IMG/VR virus record: IMGVR_UViG_3300012983_000030
Length of the DNA: 64,000 nucleotides
Reading direction: 5' to 3' (one strand)
From: a virus
Taxonomy: Duplodnaviria > Heunggongvirae > Uroviricota > Caudoviricetes
Made by a program: the position numbers and the translations under genes. Shown piece by piece: positions 9,862 to 18,345 of this stretch. The first letter of the stretch is position 1, and every line of letters starts with the position of its first letter. The notes beneath the pieces were generated by a model, which made no database searches, had not been told where the DNA came from, and saw nothing but the letters and a program-made list of their open reading frames with translations.

Positions 9862-9898
9862 AAAGACTCCAATCTAATTAAAGAAAGGAGTCTTTTTT
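9862..9898. terminator. Bidirectional terminator between convergent genes
   Basis: aaagactcc...ggagtcttt followed by T-run. Confidence 0.75.
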
Positions 9899-9912
9899 AT
9901 TATAAGCCATTA

Positions 9913-10446
9913 TTAATCTAATACTTGTATCGTTTCTTTAGGATGAAATACACATATGCTAGGTATGTCCCAAGAGTTAAGAGCCATTAATAGAGTATAT
10001 TTATATTTAGGATCTTGTAATTCTGGATCTTTTGTTGCAAGACTATAATGTAATGCTCTATTTCCTTTATCTGTTAATTCTACTGCGTCATATTCTTTAG
10101 ATAATTTTACAAAATCAATATAATATGATTCAGGTGTATAATAATTTTTTACCAAATATATAAAATCATCTACATTATCTATAGTATATACTTTTACATT
10201 AGGTTTTAGCGTCCATTCAAAATAATTATCGGTACAAGCAAAATCTTCATCTGTACACCAATTTTTCCAACTATCATCTCTACAACCCCATAATCCACCT
10301 GCTGGTTTATTAATATGATTACCAGTTATATCATTTAAGTATGGTTCATTAGCATATGTACGATAAACAACAGATTCAGCTTCGACTAAACGTTTTTGCT
10401 CATAGTCTGTTAAAATACTTTCTACTATTTTTTTCCATTTAGACAC
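9913..10446 (-). CDS. Conserved phage protein (KPxGGLW family), possible ADP-ribosyltransferase-like fold
   Basis: VYRTY...NKPAGGLWGC...W.NWC...IDFVKLSKEYDAVELT...SWDIPS; N-terminal IVE/LVE propeptide-like motifs. Confidence 0.5.
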   Translation of the reverse strand: MSKWKKIVESILTDYEQKRLVEAESVVYRTYANEPYLNDITGNHINKPAGGLWGCRDDSWKNWCTDEDFACTDNYFEWTLKPNVKVYTIDNVDDFIYLVKNYYTPESYYIDFVKLSKEYDAVELTDKGNRALHYSLATKDPELQDPKYKYTLLMALNSWDIPSICVFHPKETIQVLD

Positions 10447-10461
10447 TATATAATTTCCTTC

Positions 10462-11739
10462 TTATTTTGGAAGTTCAATTTTTGTAAATGTCAATGCATT
10501 ATCTGTAGTTCCAATTCCTAATTGTCCATTACCATTATAACCGCATCCATACAATTCGTTATTATAATTTACATATAAAGAAGCAGTGTTGTCAAAACTA
10601 AATGATTTAACATTTTCTGCTTTTTTAGTAAATGATTTTACATTATTTGTATCCCCAGATCCTTGTTGCCCGTAGTCATTTCTACCACAGCCATAAAGAT
10701 CATTGTTATTATTAATATACCATGTAGCATAACCAAAACAATATACTTTTTGTACATTTTCTGCGCGTTTTACATATGTATTTACTGTAGTTGTAGTTCC
10801 GTCGCCTTGCTGACCGTAATCATTTATACCATGACCATATAGATTATCATCTTGATCTATATACCAAGCACTGGTTACTCCACAATCGAAATCTTTTACA
10901 TTAGTAGCTATATTAACAAAGCGATATTGAGAAGGCCAACCAGGTCTTACATAATAGCCACATCCATATAATTCATTGTTATAATTTATATAAAGAGTTT
11001 GATTACGATTACATTTTATTTCTTTAACATTTTCAGCTCTTTTGGTAAATACCAATACAGTTGCAGCAGAACCATTCCCTTGAGGACCTTTATCTCCATC
11101 TCCGCAGCCATATAATTCATTATTGTTATCAATATACCAAGTTGTATGGCTCGAGCATGTAAAATCTCGAATATTTTCAGCTTTTTTGGTAAATTGGGTT
11201 ACATCAGTTATATTACCTGTTCCTTGTTGTCCGACACCATTGAATCCACAACCATACAAATTGTTATCATTTGTTAAATACCATGACGTAGAGCTATTGC
11301 AACAAAACTTTTTAATATTATCTGCTCTTTTAGTGAAAGCTAAAATATCATCTGTAGTTCCATCGCCTTGATTTCCATAACCATTATATCCACAACCATA
11401 CAATTCATTATTTTTTGTTAAATACCAGGTTATCGTTCTGTCGCAATCAAAATCTTTAATGTTTGAAGCTCTTTTGGTAAAAATAAATGAATCTTGTTTT
11501 GTACCATCTCCTAATTGTCCGTGGTCATTATTTCCACATCCATACAAATTACCTTTATCGGTTAAATACCAAGCAGTATATTCTGTTACTTTGATTTTAA
11601 TAATCTGTTCCTCGTCTTCTAATACAACAGGAATATTATCACCGTACATACTGTAAGTTAATTTATTGCCACCCATTTTTTCAATTGGAATATTTCCAAA
11701 TATAATGTTATGACTTTTATTTCCGAAATAGATTGCCAT
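10462..11739 (-). CDS. RCC1/BLIP-II repeat beta-propeller protein (shared-module family 2)
   Basis: About 7-8 repeats of WYxxxxNxLYGCGxNxxGQxGxGTT; shared N-terminal module. Confidence 0.85.
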   Translation of the reverse strand: MAIYFGNKSHNIIFGNIPIEKMGGNKLTYSMYGDNIPVVLEDEEQIIKIKVTEYTAWYLTDKGNLYGCGNNDHGQLGDGTKQDSFIFTKRASNIKDFDCDRTITWYLTKNNELYGCGYNGYGNQGDGTTDDILAFTKRADNIKKFCCNSSTSWYLTNDNNLYGCGFNGVGQQGTGNITDVTQFTKKAENIRDFTCSSHTTWYIDNNNELYGCGDGDKGPQGNGSAATVLVFTKRAENVKEIKCNRNQTLYINYNNELYGCGYYVRPGWPSQYRFVNIATNVKDFDCGVTSAWYIDQDDNLYGHGINDYGQQGDGTTTTVNTYVKRAENVQKVYCFGYATWYINNNNDLYGCGRNDYGQQGSGDTNNVKSFTKKAENVKSFSFDNTASLYVNYNNELYGCGYNGNGQLGIGTTDNALTFTKIELPK

Positions 11740-11753
11740 TTTATTTTTCCTTC

Positions 11754-13223
11754 TTATTCTTTTGGAAGTTTGATTTTTGTAAATGTTAATATTTTATTAT
11801 CACTTCCAACTAGTTTATACTGATTACTTCCACAAGCATATAATCTATTTTCATTATCTATATACCAGGTCATACCATGCATAGTATATACTTCTCTAAC
11901 ATTTTCAGCTCTTTTACTAAATCTAGTTACGTTGGTTGTAGTTCCATCACTTTGATTTCCATAACCATTATATCCACATCCATAAAGCTTACCATCTTTT
12001 ATATACCAAGTAGCTAAAGAATCATATGTAAAATAGTCGACACCAGAAGCCAATATCTCCCAGTAACCATCTTTTATATCAGATGTATCACCAGTTCCTA
12101 ATTGTCCATAATTATTTCTACCAACTGCATATACCTGCCCAGATGATGGTATAAAGCGATAAGTTGTAGTGTTAGTCGAATTGGTAAATAACTGATACCC
12201 TTCATTCCAAGAAGTAGATATGGCAAAAGGAGTTACGATAGTTGTATTGGTTTTATTTTTAATTCCTAATTGTCCATAGTTGTTATATCCACATGCATAT
12301 AATGAGAGTGAAGAGTATACATAAAATGTAGACGTATCTGTTACAAATACATCTGTTGCATTAGAAGCTCTTAGAGTGAATTTATCTACTGTTTTACCAG
12401 GTCCCCAACCATTACAGCTCTGTTGACCGTATCTATTATCACCACAACCATATAAATTTCCATTACTAGCTATATACCAGGATGCATTATACGAACAAGC
12501 AAATTTTTTAATTTTTGAGGATACTCTGGTAAATGTTGTCGACGAAATAGTACCACTACAACTACCCATACCACATACCCATAATTCATCATTATTTGTT
12601 ATATAGAAAGTAGTATATTTGTTAAGATAAACATCTTTAACGTTTTCAGCTCTCTTAGTGAATGTTAGAACATCACCGCTTGAATTACCTGAACCTTGTT
12701 GCTGTTGCAATCCACATCCATATAATTCATCATTATTTGTTATATAGAAGGTTGCATAATCACTACTTTGAACTTTTCTAACATTCTCAGCTCTCTTAGT
12801 AAATGTTAAAACATTTGTTTTATCACCACTTCCTTGTTGGCCATAATAATTATAACCACAACCATATAAGTCATCGTTGTTATCGATATACCAGGTTGAA
12901 TATACTGTAGTACCAACAGTTGCTATATAAAAATCTTTAACATTCTCAGCTCTTTTAGTGAATTTAGTTACCCTGGTTGTATCACCGCTTCCTTGCTGTC
13001 CATACTGATTACTACCACAACCATATAAATTACCTTTACTAGTTAAATACCAAATAGTATTTATTTCAATGTTTTTTATCTTAACGATATATTCATCATC
13101 TTCTAAAACAACGGGAATATTCTCACCATACATTGAATAAGTAAGTTTGTCTCCACCCATTTTCTCAATGGGATCTTTTCCAATCATAATGTCATGAGAA
13201 GTATTTCTAAAATATACAGGCAT
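11754..13223 (-). CDS. RCC1/BLIP-II repeat beta-propeller protein (shared-module family 3)
   Basis: Repeated LYGCGxNxYGQQGSGDTT; shared N-terminal module; ends FTKIKLPKE like its paralogue (FTKIELPK). Confidence 0.85.
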   Translation of the reverse strand: MPVYFRNTSHDIMIGKDPIEKMGGDKLTYSMYGENIPVVLEDDEYIVKIKNIEINTIWYLTSKGNLYGCGSNQYGQQGSGDTTRVTKFTKRAENVKDFYIATVGTTVYSTWYIDNNDDLYGCGYNYYGQQGSGDKTNVLTFTKRAENVRKVQSSDYATFYITNNDELYGCGLQQQQGSGNSSGDVLTFTKRAENVKDVYLNKYTTFYITNNDELWVCGMGSCSGTISSTTFTRVSSKIKKFACSYNASWYIASNGNLYGCGDNRYGQQSCNGWGPGKTVDKFTLRASNATDVFVTDTSTFYVYSSLSLYACGYNNYGQLGIKNKTNTTIVTPFAISTSWNEGYQLFTNSTNTTTYRFIPSSGQVYAVGRNNYGQLGTGDTSDIKDGYWEILASGVDYFTYDSLATWYIKDGKLYGCGYNGYGNQSDGTTTNVTRFSKRAENVREVYTMHGMTWYIDNENRLYACGSNQYKLVGSDNKILTFTKIKLPKE

Positions 13224-13303
13224 TGAATTTATTCCTTTATTACAGACAATTAATTAAATATCAATTCATAGTATTTGGAACTTGTTTATTATTAGACGAA
13301 TAT

Positions 13304-13335
13304 TGTTTTACAAAATAAATCAATTAGCATATAAT
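13304..13335 (+). promoter_or_regulatory. Motif A early promoter
   Basis: TGTTTTACA-N17-TATAAT. Confidence 0.7.
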
Positions 13336-13354
13336 TATAATATATGTTTTAGTA

Positions 13355-13537
13355 TTGGAGAGATATATTATGACTGAAATGGAATTATATAGAATAATAA
13401 ATGAAACACATGAAAAATTAGATAAGCTAATCAAACAACAATTTGAGTTAATTAAGCAACAAAAAGCACTTGCTGAAAAAGTTGAAAAATTAAATGAAAT
13501 TTTAGATGAAAATACCAAAAATAAAGCCCCTAATTAA
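13355..13537 (+). CDS. Small coiled-coil protein (likely start ATG 13370)
   Basis: Heptad pattern HEKLDKLIKQQFELIKQQKALAEKVEKLNE; own promoter and terminator. Confidence 0.55.
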   Translation: MERYIMTEMELYRIINETHEKLDKLIKQQFELIKQQKALAEKVEKLNEILDENTKNKAPN

Positions 13538-13549
13538 AGGGGCCTTTTT
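13523..13549. terminator. Bidirectional terminator
   Basis: aaagcccc...ggggcctttt between convergent ORFs. Confidence 0.7.
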
Positions 13550-13550
13550 A

Positions 13551-13868
13551 TTACCATTTCTTAATCCAAGCTATTATTTTTTCATATATAAATGATAAAG
13601 TACTTTTAATAGCATTTACTAAAAGATTATAAATAGTCTTAACAAACATAATTAATAGATTTGAAATACCTTTTAAGAGTTCCCATATCCATTTGAAGAT
13701 AGTCTGTACAAATACTATACAACCATTTTTTAATATTTCAAATGTTTCTTTAGCGAATTCTTTTATATTTTTAACAAAAGCTTTTCTAGTCTGTTTACAA
13801 TAATCTACGAACTGTTTCCATATGTTTTTCATTTTTATTTTATTCCTTATATTAAAATACTTGGTCAA
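13551..13868 (-). CDS. Amphipathic helical protein
   Basis: Regularly spaced F/W/I/L with Lys: FVQTIFKWIWELLKGISNLLIMFVKTIYNLL...IIAWIKKW. Confidence 0.5.
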   Translation of the reverse strand: MTKYFNIRNKIKMKNIWKQFVDYCKQTRKAFVKNIKEFAKETFEILKNGCIVFVQTIFKWIWELLKGISNLLIMFVKTIYNLLVNAIKSTLSFIYEKIIAWIKKW

Positions 13869-13966
13869 TTTTTATATATATTTGAACCATCAAAATATAA
13901 ATAGAATTACAAAGTTCATATTTATATCTAAATTTTAATCAGATACTATAACAAAGGAATAAATTA

Positions 13967-15001
13967 ATGCCAGTTTTAATAGGTAATAAATCTTATGATT
14001 TAATGATAGGTAATCATCATATTGAATATTTAAATAATAATGGAACTATCGCTTATTCAATGTATGGAAATAATATACCAATCAATGATGCCCCAGATTG
14101 GATTCCGACAGGTAAATTTGATGAAGATGGAATTATATTTAGCTTTAATAAACAACCTTACTATGGATCTGAAAAAGCTTACAAAGAAGTATATGAAAAT
14201 GGATTTAATTATTTTCATGGAAGAGACATAGATAGATATTACCAAAGTGAATTACCACAAACTGAATATATTACATCAGAAAGATATTCTGGATGGTGGC
14301 AATATAAATTACCAGAAGAACATTACGTATATAGTATTAAATGTGCATATGTACAAGATCATGATGAAACATGTAATATGAGTTATGTTACAATTTATGC
14401 TTATAATGGAGATCAAATTGTTGCACAAAAAAATGTAAACTTTTCTTTTAATGGTTTTGGTACTTTTGAATTAGTAGTAGATAAAAAAATTACACATTTT
14501 AAAATAAATGACCCTTGTCAAAAATATAGTGGAACTTTTTCATCCTTCAAATTATCAGGTGTATACTTTAATGTATTCAAACCTAAAAAACAATTCGTAC
14601 CTTTTGTTCAAACTGGTGATCAAGTAATAGATAATGTCAAATTTATATGTAACAGTACTTATGACGTACCAAATATTATTACACTTTGGAATAATACACC
14701 GGATAAGTATACAGCTGTTGGATTTTCTAGTACGGTTGATATTATGTTCAATCGTCCAATATTTGTAGAATCAATAACTTGGAATAATGGAAAAAGTAAA
14801 AATAAAAACTATCCATATTTTTATGTATATTATGATCCAGATAATTATACAACAAAAATAGCTGCTCGTAAGTACGAGGGCTCAGTAAATTCTGGCAGTA
14901 TTACTACAAATAATATAGGATTAATAATGTATGGTTTACATATGAGTCAGACTATTAGTAATGTAATGTGTTATTTACGTATTAATGGATATGAAATTTA
15001 A
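13967..15001 (+). CDS. Shared-N-terminal-module family protein 4 (beta-sandwich-like domains)
   Basis: MPVLIGNKSYDLMIGNHHIEYLNNNGTIAYSMYGNNIP; Y/N-rich C-terminus. Confidence 0.65.
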   Translation: MPVLIGNKSYDLMIGNHHIEYLNNNGTIAYSMYGNNIPINDAPDWIPTGKFDEDGIIFSFNKQPYYGSEKAYKEVYENGFNYFHGRDIDRYYQSELPQTEYITSERYSGWWQYKLPEEHYVYSIKCAYVQDHDETCNMSYVTIYAYNGDQIVAQKNVNFSFNGFGTFELVVDKKITHFKINDPCQKYSGTFSSFKLSGVYFNVFKPKKQFVPFVQTGDQVIDNVKFICNSTYDVPNIITLWNNTPDKYTAVGFSSTVDIMFNRPIFVESITWNNGKSKNKNYPYFYVYYDPDNYTTKIAARKYEGSVNSGSITTNNIGLIMYGLHMSQTISNVMCYLRINGYEI

Positions 15002-15049
15002 AGAAATCGAATTAACTAAATAATATACTTAAAAATCATTTATTTTAAT

Positions 15050-15085
15050 AAAGTCCTCTTGTTTTTAGGAGGGCTTTATTTTTTT
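15050..15085 (+). terminator. Rho-independent terminator
   Basis: aaagtcctc...gagggcttt + T-run. Confidence 0.65.
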
Positions 15086-15116
15086 GTTTTACAATAACAG
15101 ATTTAAGATATATAAT
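15085..15116 (+). promoter_or_regulatory. Motif A early promoter driving the small-gene array
   Basis: TGTTTTACA-N17-TATAAT. Confidence 0.7.
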
Positions 15117-15151
15117 TAATATTATTTTAGTAATATATAAGGATATATAAC

Positions 15152-15370
15152 ATGAAAATCTTTAATCTAATAAAAAATAAATTCAAAAAATCAAAACAAA
15201 TATCAATAACACAAAGTAGACCAACAGATACGTTATTAATAACATTAAATAAATGTGAAGAATTAAAATCTCAACGTAATAAAATAATTGAAATACTTCT
15301 TCGTGAATCTCCAAAATATCAAAGATTTATTGAATCAAATTATCCTGATTATTTTAATAATAAGAAATAA
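15152..15370 (+). CDS. Hypothetical protein
   Basis: 72 aa, RBS AAGGA. Confidence 0.55.
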   Translation: MKIFNLIKNKFKKSKQISITQSRPTDTLLITLNKCEELKSQRNKIIEILLRESPKYQRFIESNYPDYFNNKK

Positions 15371-15381
15371 GGAAAACCACA

Positions 15382-15603
15382 ATGAATAATCATGAACCAA
15401 AAGCAGGAGATATATATGTTAGTAGATTTGCTACTTATAGAATAATTAATAATGACGGATATCGTTGTTATTGTATTATTTTAGAAAATGATACTATCTC
15501 AATGAGAAGTGTGTATAATGATTATTTCAAAAAAAGTTGTATTTATTTGGGAGAAAGTGAATATAATATTAAAGATTTATTTAAAAGAAAAGGAGTAAAT
15601 TAA
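15382..15603 (+). CDS. Hypothetical protein
   Basis: 73 aa, RBS AAGGA. Confidence 0.6.
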   Translation: MNNHEPKAGDIYVSRFATYRIINNDGYRCYCIILENDTISMRSVYNDYFKKSCIYLGESEYNIKDLFKRKGVN

Positions 15604-16259
15604 TGGGGTATAGAAATTACTTATATATTGCAGATAAAAAGAAAATCAACAAAGTACGTAAAATGTCAGCAAACGAACTATGGGAATTAGTTGGTGGAAA
15701 AACAGAATTGGATGAAGATATCGATACGCCTTGGATAGGTGATGTATTAGATAAATTAAAGGCTGAAGAATTTATTGAATTAGGAAAATACTTAGATTAT
15801 ACAAATGAAATACAACCTTTTCTAAAACCATTATTTCGTGATAAATTAGTACATGATGATTATAATTGTGAAACGGAATGTATGTTAGTTAAACCAGAAA
15901 TATTACAAAAAATAGCAACAATATTTAAGGAAAAAGCTAAAAATTATTATAAGTCATTGTTAGAAGAAAAATCTTCAAATATATTAGACACACGTCCTCA
16001 ATTAGAAAGATGTACAGAAGACATTAGAACAAAACTAACTTGGCTTGAAAGTTTAGATACATTACCAAATAATAAATGGACTATAAGTGATACATGGCTT
16101 TATGAGTATGAAATGTTTAATATTCTTCACTTAATGAGAATATTTAATCCTAAAAAAACAAGCTTTAGTATGGATAGGACACTAAAAACGATTTGTACAT
16201 TGCAGATGAATAGGAGTTTGAAAAATGGTCAAATTAAAGAAAGAATATATAAAAGATAA
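15603..16259 (+). CDS. Hypothetical protein (C-terminus possibly frameshifted at A7 tract 16152-16158)
   Basis: TAATG coupling; alternative frame ends KKQALVWIGH* at 16185. Confidence 0.6.
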   Translation: MGYRNYLYIADKKKINKVRKMSANELWELVGGKTELDEDIDTPWIGDVLDKLKAEEFIELGKYLDYTNEIQPFLKPLFRDKLVHDDYNCETECMLVKPEILQKIATIFKEKAKNYYKSLLEEKSSNILDTRPQLERCTEDIRTKLTWLESLDTLPNNKWTISDTWLYEYEMFNILHLMRIFNPKKTSFSMDRTLKTICTLQMNRSLKNGQIKERIYKR

Positions 16260-16521
16260 CAATAAAATAAGAAAATGCTCTGCTAATGTAAGTAAAATGA
16301 ATATATTTGAATGGGTATACTATGATTTTAAAGATTGGAATGAATTATCAAACATAAAATATCATTTATATATAAGTTTAAAGGACATCTGCTTTGGTAC
16401 ATTGAATTTGATTAGTATATTATTACTACCAATATCTATTTTAATTAATGCTACACTTTCTATATATCGCGCTAGAAAGGAAGTAAAACAATATAGAAAG
16501 GACTCAAATAATGTGGTTTAA
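16225..16521 (+). CDS. Hypothetical membrane protein
   Basis: RBS AGGAG; hydrophobic GTLNLISILLLPISILINATLSI. Confidence 0.55.
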   Translation: MVKLKKEYIKDNNKIRKCSANVSKMNIFEWVYYDFKDWNELSNIKYHLYISLKDICFGTLNLISILLLPISILINATLSIYRARKEVKQYRKDSNNVV

Positions 16522-16795
16522 AAAGTATAAGATAAGAAAAGAACCTTACAAATATTATATAAATGTTCCTTTTGAAGTTGCTTTTAAAGCATTAAAAGAA
16601 GGGTATATCATCAAACATGCTAATTATGATGATATATATTTGAAATTATTAAATGGCAGAGTTTATGAATTGATGGATAGGAATGAAAAGAATAATTGTT
16701 TTGAAACAAATGAATTTGGTGTATTTGAAATGATGATGGATAGATGGCAAATATTACCACCAAATAGTATTATAGGTAGAAAGGTTAAGAAATGA
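16511..16795 (+). CDS. DUF2829/Tad2-like protein (divergent)
   Basis: FEVAFKALKEGYIIKH...EMMMDRWQIL resembles the F.EAL.ALK.G...D.LA.DW pattern. Confidence 0.4.
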   Translation: MWFKKYKIRKEPYKYYINVPFEVAFKALKEGYIIKHANYDDIYLKLLNGRVYELMDRNEKNNCFETNEFGVFEMMMDRWQILPPNSIIGRKVKK

Positions 16796-17250
16796 TTAAA
16801 TTATTTGGATATAACATTTTAAAAGATTGGGAACTTAAACAAAGAGAAGAAAATCATTGGGAAAAGATTAAGAAATACCTCAAGATAAAAAAACTTTGGC
16901 ATATTGATTATCACTGGGAAAAGAAACCTAAATGTTCTGCTTGTGATGAAGAAAGAAAGCTAACGATACAAATGCCAGATGGTAGTACAAAGAGAATTTC
17001 TTGCTCTTGTGATAAAACTTTAACAATAATGGAAGTAGCTCCACTTGATAAAGAATTACCTATTATTGCTGTTAAAGGAGAAACCATATATATGGCTGAT
17101 GGTTTTAGTGAATGGGCTATTAATGATAGAATTATATTCAATCAATCAGAATTACACACTACTGAAGAACATTTAGATAGATGTTTCTTTACTTCTGAAA
17201 AATTAGCAAAACAAGCTTTAAAAATCATAAAGGAAAATGAAAATAATTAG
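16792..17250 (+). CDS. Hypothetical Zn-binding protein
   Basis: CSAC...CSC motifs. Confidence 0.55.
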   Translation: MIKLFGYNILKDWELKQREENHWEKIKKYLKIKKLWHIDYHWEKKPKCSACDEERKLTIQMPDGSTKRISCSCDKTLTIMEVAPLDKELPIIAVKGETIYMADGFSEWAINDRIIFNQSELHTTEEHLDRCFFTSEKLAKQALKIIKENENN

Positions 17251-17299
17251 GAAGTTGTTATGTTGGCTAGAATTAGAAATTAAGACGGGGAATAAGTAG

Positions 17300-17524
17300 A
17301 TGACAGTAAAAGTAGGACAGATAAGAGAATATTTTGGTGATATACTTATAACAACACACATTGAATTTACTCAATGTAGGGGTGATATTGTTGACTGTAT
17401 TTATAAAGACGGAATTGTAAATGAATTTACTTGTAGTTACTTAGAAAAAAATACAAAACTTATCGCTGAATATCTAACTTGGCAAGAAGCAGTTAATTCA
17501 CCTGAATTTAAAGGAGATGAGTAA
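17300..17524 (+). CDS. Small protein, WQEAVNSPEFK family copy 1
   Basis: KVGQIR...IAEYLTWQEAVNSPEFKGDE, paralogue of 19505. Confidence 0.6.
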   Translation: MTVKVGQIREYFGDILITTHIEFTQCRGDIVDCIYKDGIVNEFTCSYLEKNTKLIAEYLTWQEAVNSPEFKGDE

Positions 17525-17964
17525 TGAGTTTGTATAATATGATGTTTGGTATGAATGCGCCTTTAACAATATTTTTGAGTATTGTTTTAAAACAAAAAGT
17601 AGATGACATTCCGAGATTTAGAGATTGTTTCTTAAAAGCAGATGATTGTCCAGTAGATGACTATGATTTTCTAATTTATACTCGTATGGGTGGTGGGAAT
17701 TATGAATGTTGGGGCAATGACGATGGAGAATATTATAAAGAAGATTGTGATTGTCCTTATTGTAGATTGTTAAAAATTGAAGAAGAAGATTGGTATATAT
17801 GTGGATATGATGACGATTTTGATAATACATATAGAACGTTAGTTGGTAAATTCACCGAAGAGCAAAGAAAACTATTTGAAAAATTAAAAACAATGTCAGT
17901 TGAAGAGATTAAAAAATTATATACTAATCTTTTTCCTGAAACAGTTAAGGAGCAAGAACAATGA
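17524..17964 (+). CDS. Conserved phage hypothetical protein
   Basis: PRFRDCFL...IYTRMGGGN...DDDFDNTY motif pattern. Confidence 0.6.
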   Translation: MSLYNMMFGMNAPLTIFLSIVLKQKVDDIPRFRDCFLKADDCPVDDYDFLIYTRMGGGNYECWGNDDGEYYKEDCDCPYCRLLKIEEEDWYICGYDDDFDNTYRTLVGKFTEEQRKLFEKLKTMSVEEIKKLYTNLFPETVKEQEQ

Positions 17965-18113
17965 GATGTCCGCCGGCATTACGCAGAATACCTGAAAGAA
18001 ATTATAAAAAGGAACTGCAAATAATGACTGTAAAGAGGGATTTTTGGAAAGTTCTCACGCTTACATTATTTACAACAAATATTCTTTATTGTTTGTTAAA
18101 AGCTTTGTTTTAA
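17961..18113 (+). CDS. Small hypothetical membrane protein (50 aa, not in track)
   Basis: ATGA overlap, RBS AAGGAG; MRCPPALRRIPERNYKK...VLTLTLFTTNILYCLLKALF. Confidence 0.5.
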   Translation: MRCPPALRRIPERNYKKELQIMTVKRDFWKVLTLTLFTTNILYCLLKALF

Positions 18114-18125
18114 AGGAGCAAGTAA

Positions 18126-18320
18126 ATGAGATTTGAAGAAGCATTATCAGCAATGAGAGAAGGAAAGAAAGTTTATAACTCAAATAAACCTACTGACGTC
18201 TATAGAATGAATGACTTTGGTCATCTAGAAATAATAAATGATAATTTTCCAGATGGTTGCCATTCCTCAATTAATGGGGATGATATATTCTCAGAAGATT
18301 GGGAAGTAATCGATGAGTAA
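18126..18320 (+). CDS. DUF2829/Tad2-like anti-defence sponge candidate
   Basis: MRFEEALSAMREGKKV...SINGDDIFSEDWEVID. Confidence 0.6.
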   Translation: MRFEEALSAMREGKKVYNSNKPTDVYRMNDFGHLEIINDNFPDGCHSSINGDDIFSEDWEVIDE

Positions 18321-18345
18321 AAAAAAATAGAAAAGGAATGACAAT

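Noticed and set aside
10462-13223. Regularly spaced nucleotide repeats that could be mistaken for a CRISPR array
   Set aside because: They are degenerate, in frame and encode RCC1 repeats; there are no identical repeats with unique spacers and no cas genes.
13551-13868. Tape-measure protein fragment (11-residue aromatic periodicity)
   Set aside because: Only 105 aa, with its own start and stop and no flanking pseudogene fragments.
9220-15001. Shufflon or DGR explanation for the shared N-terminal module in opposite orientations
   Set aside because: The DNA copies are diverged at synonymous sites rather than identical or A-specific; no invertase or reverse transcriptase is in the window.
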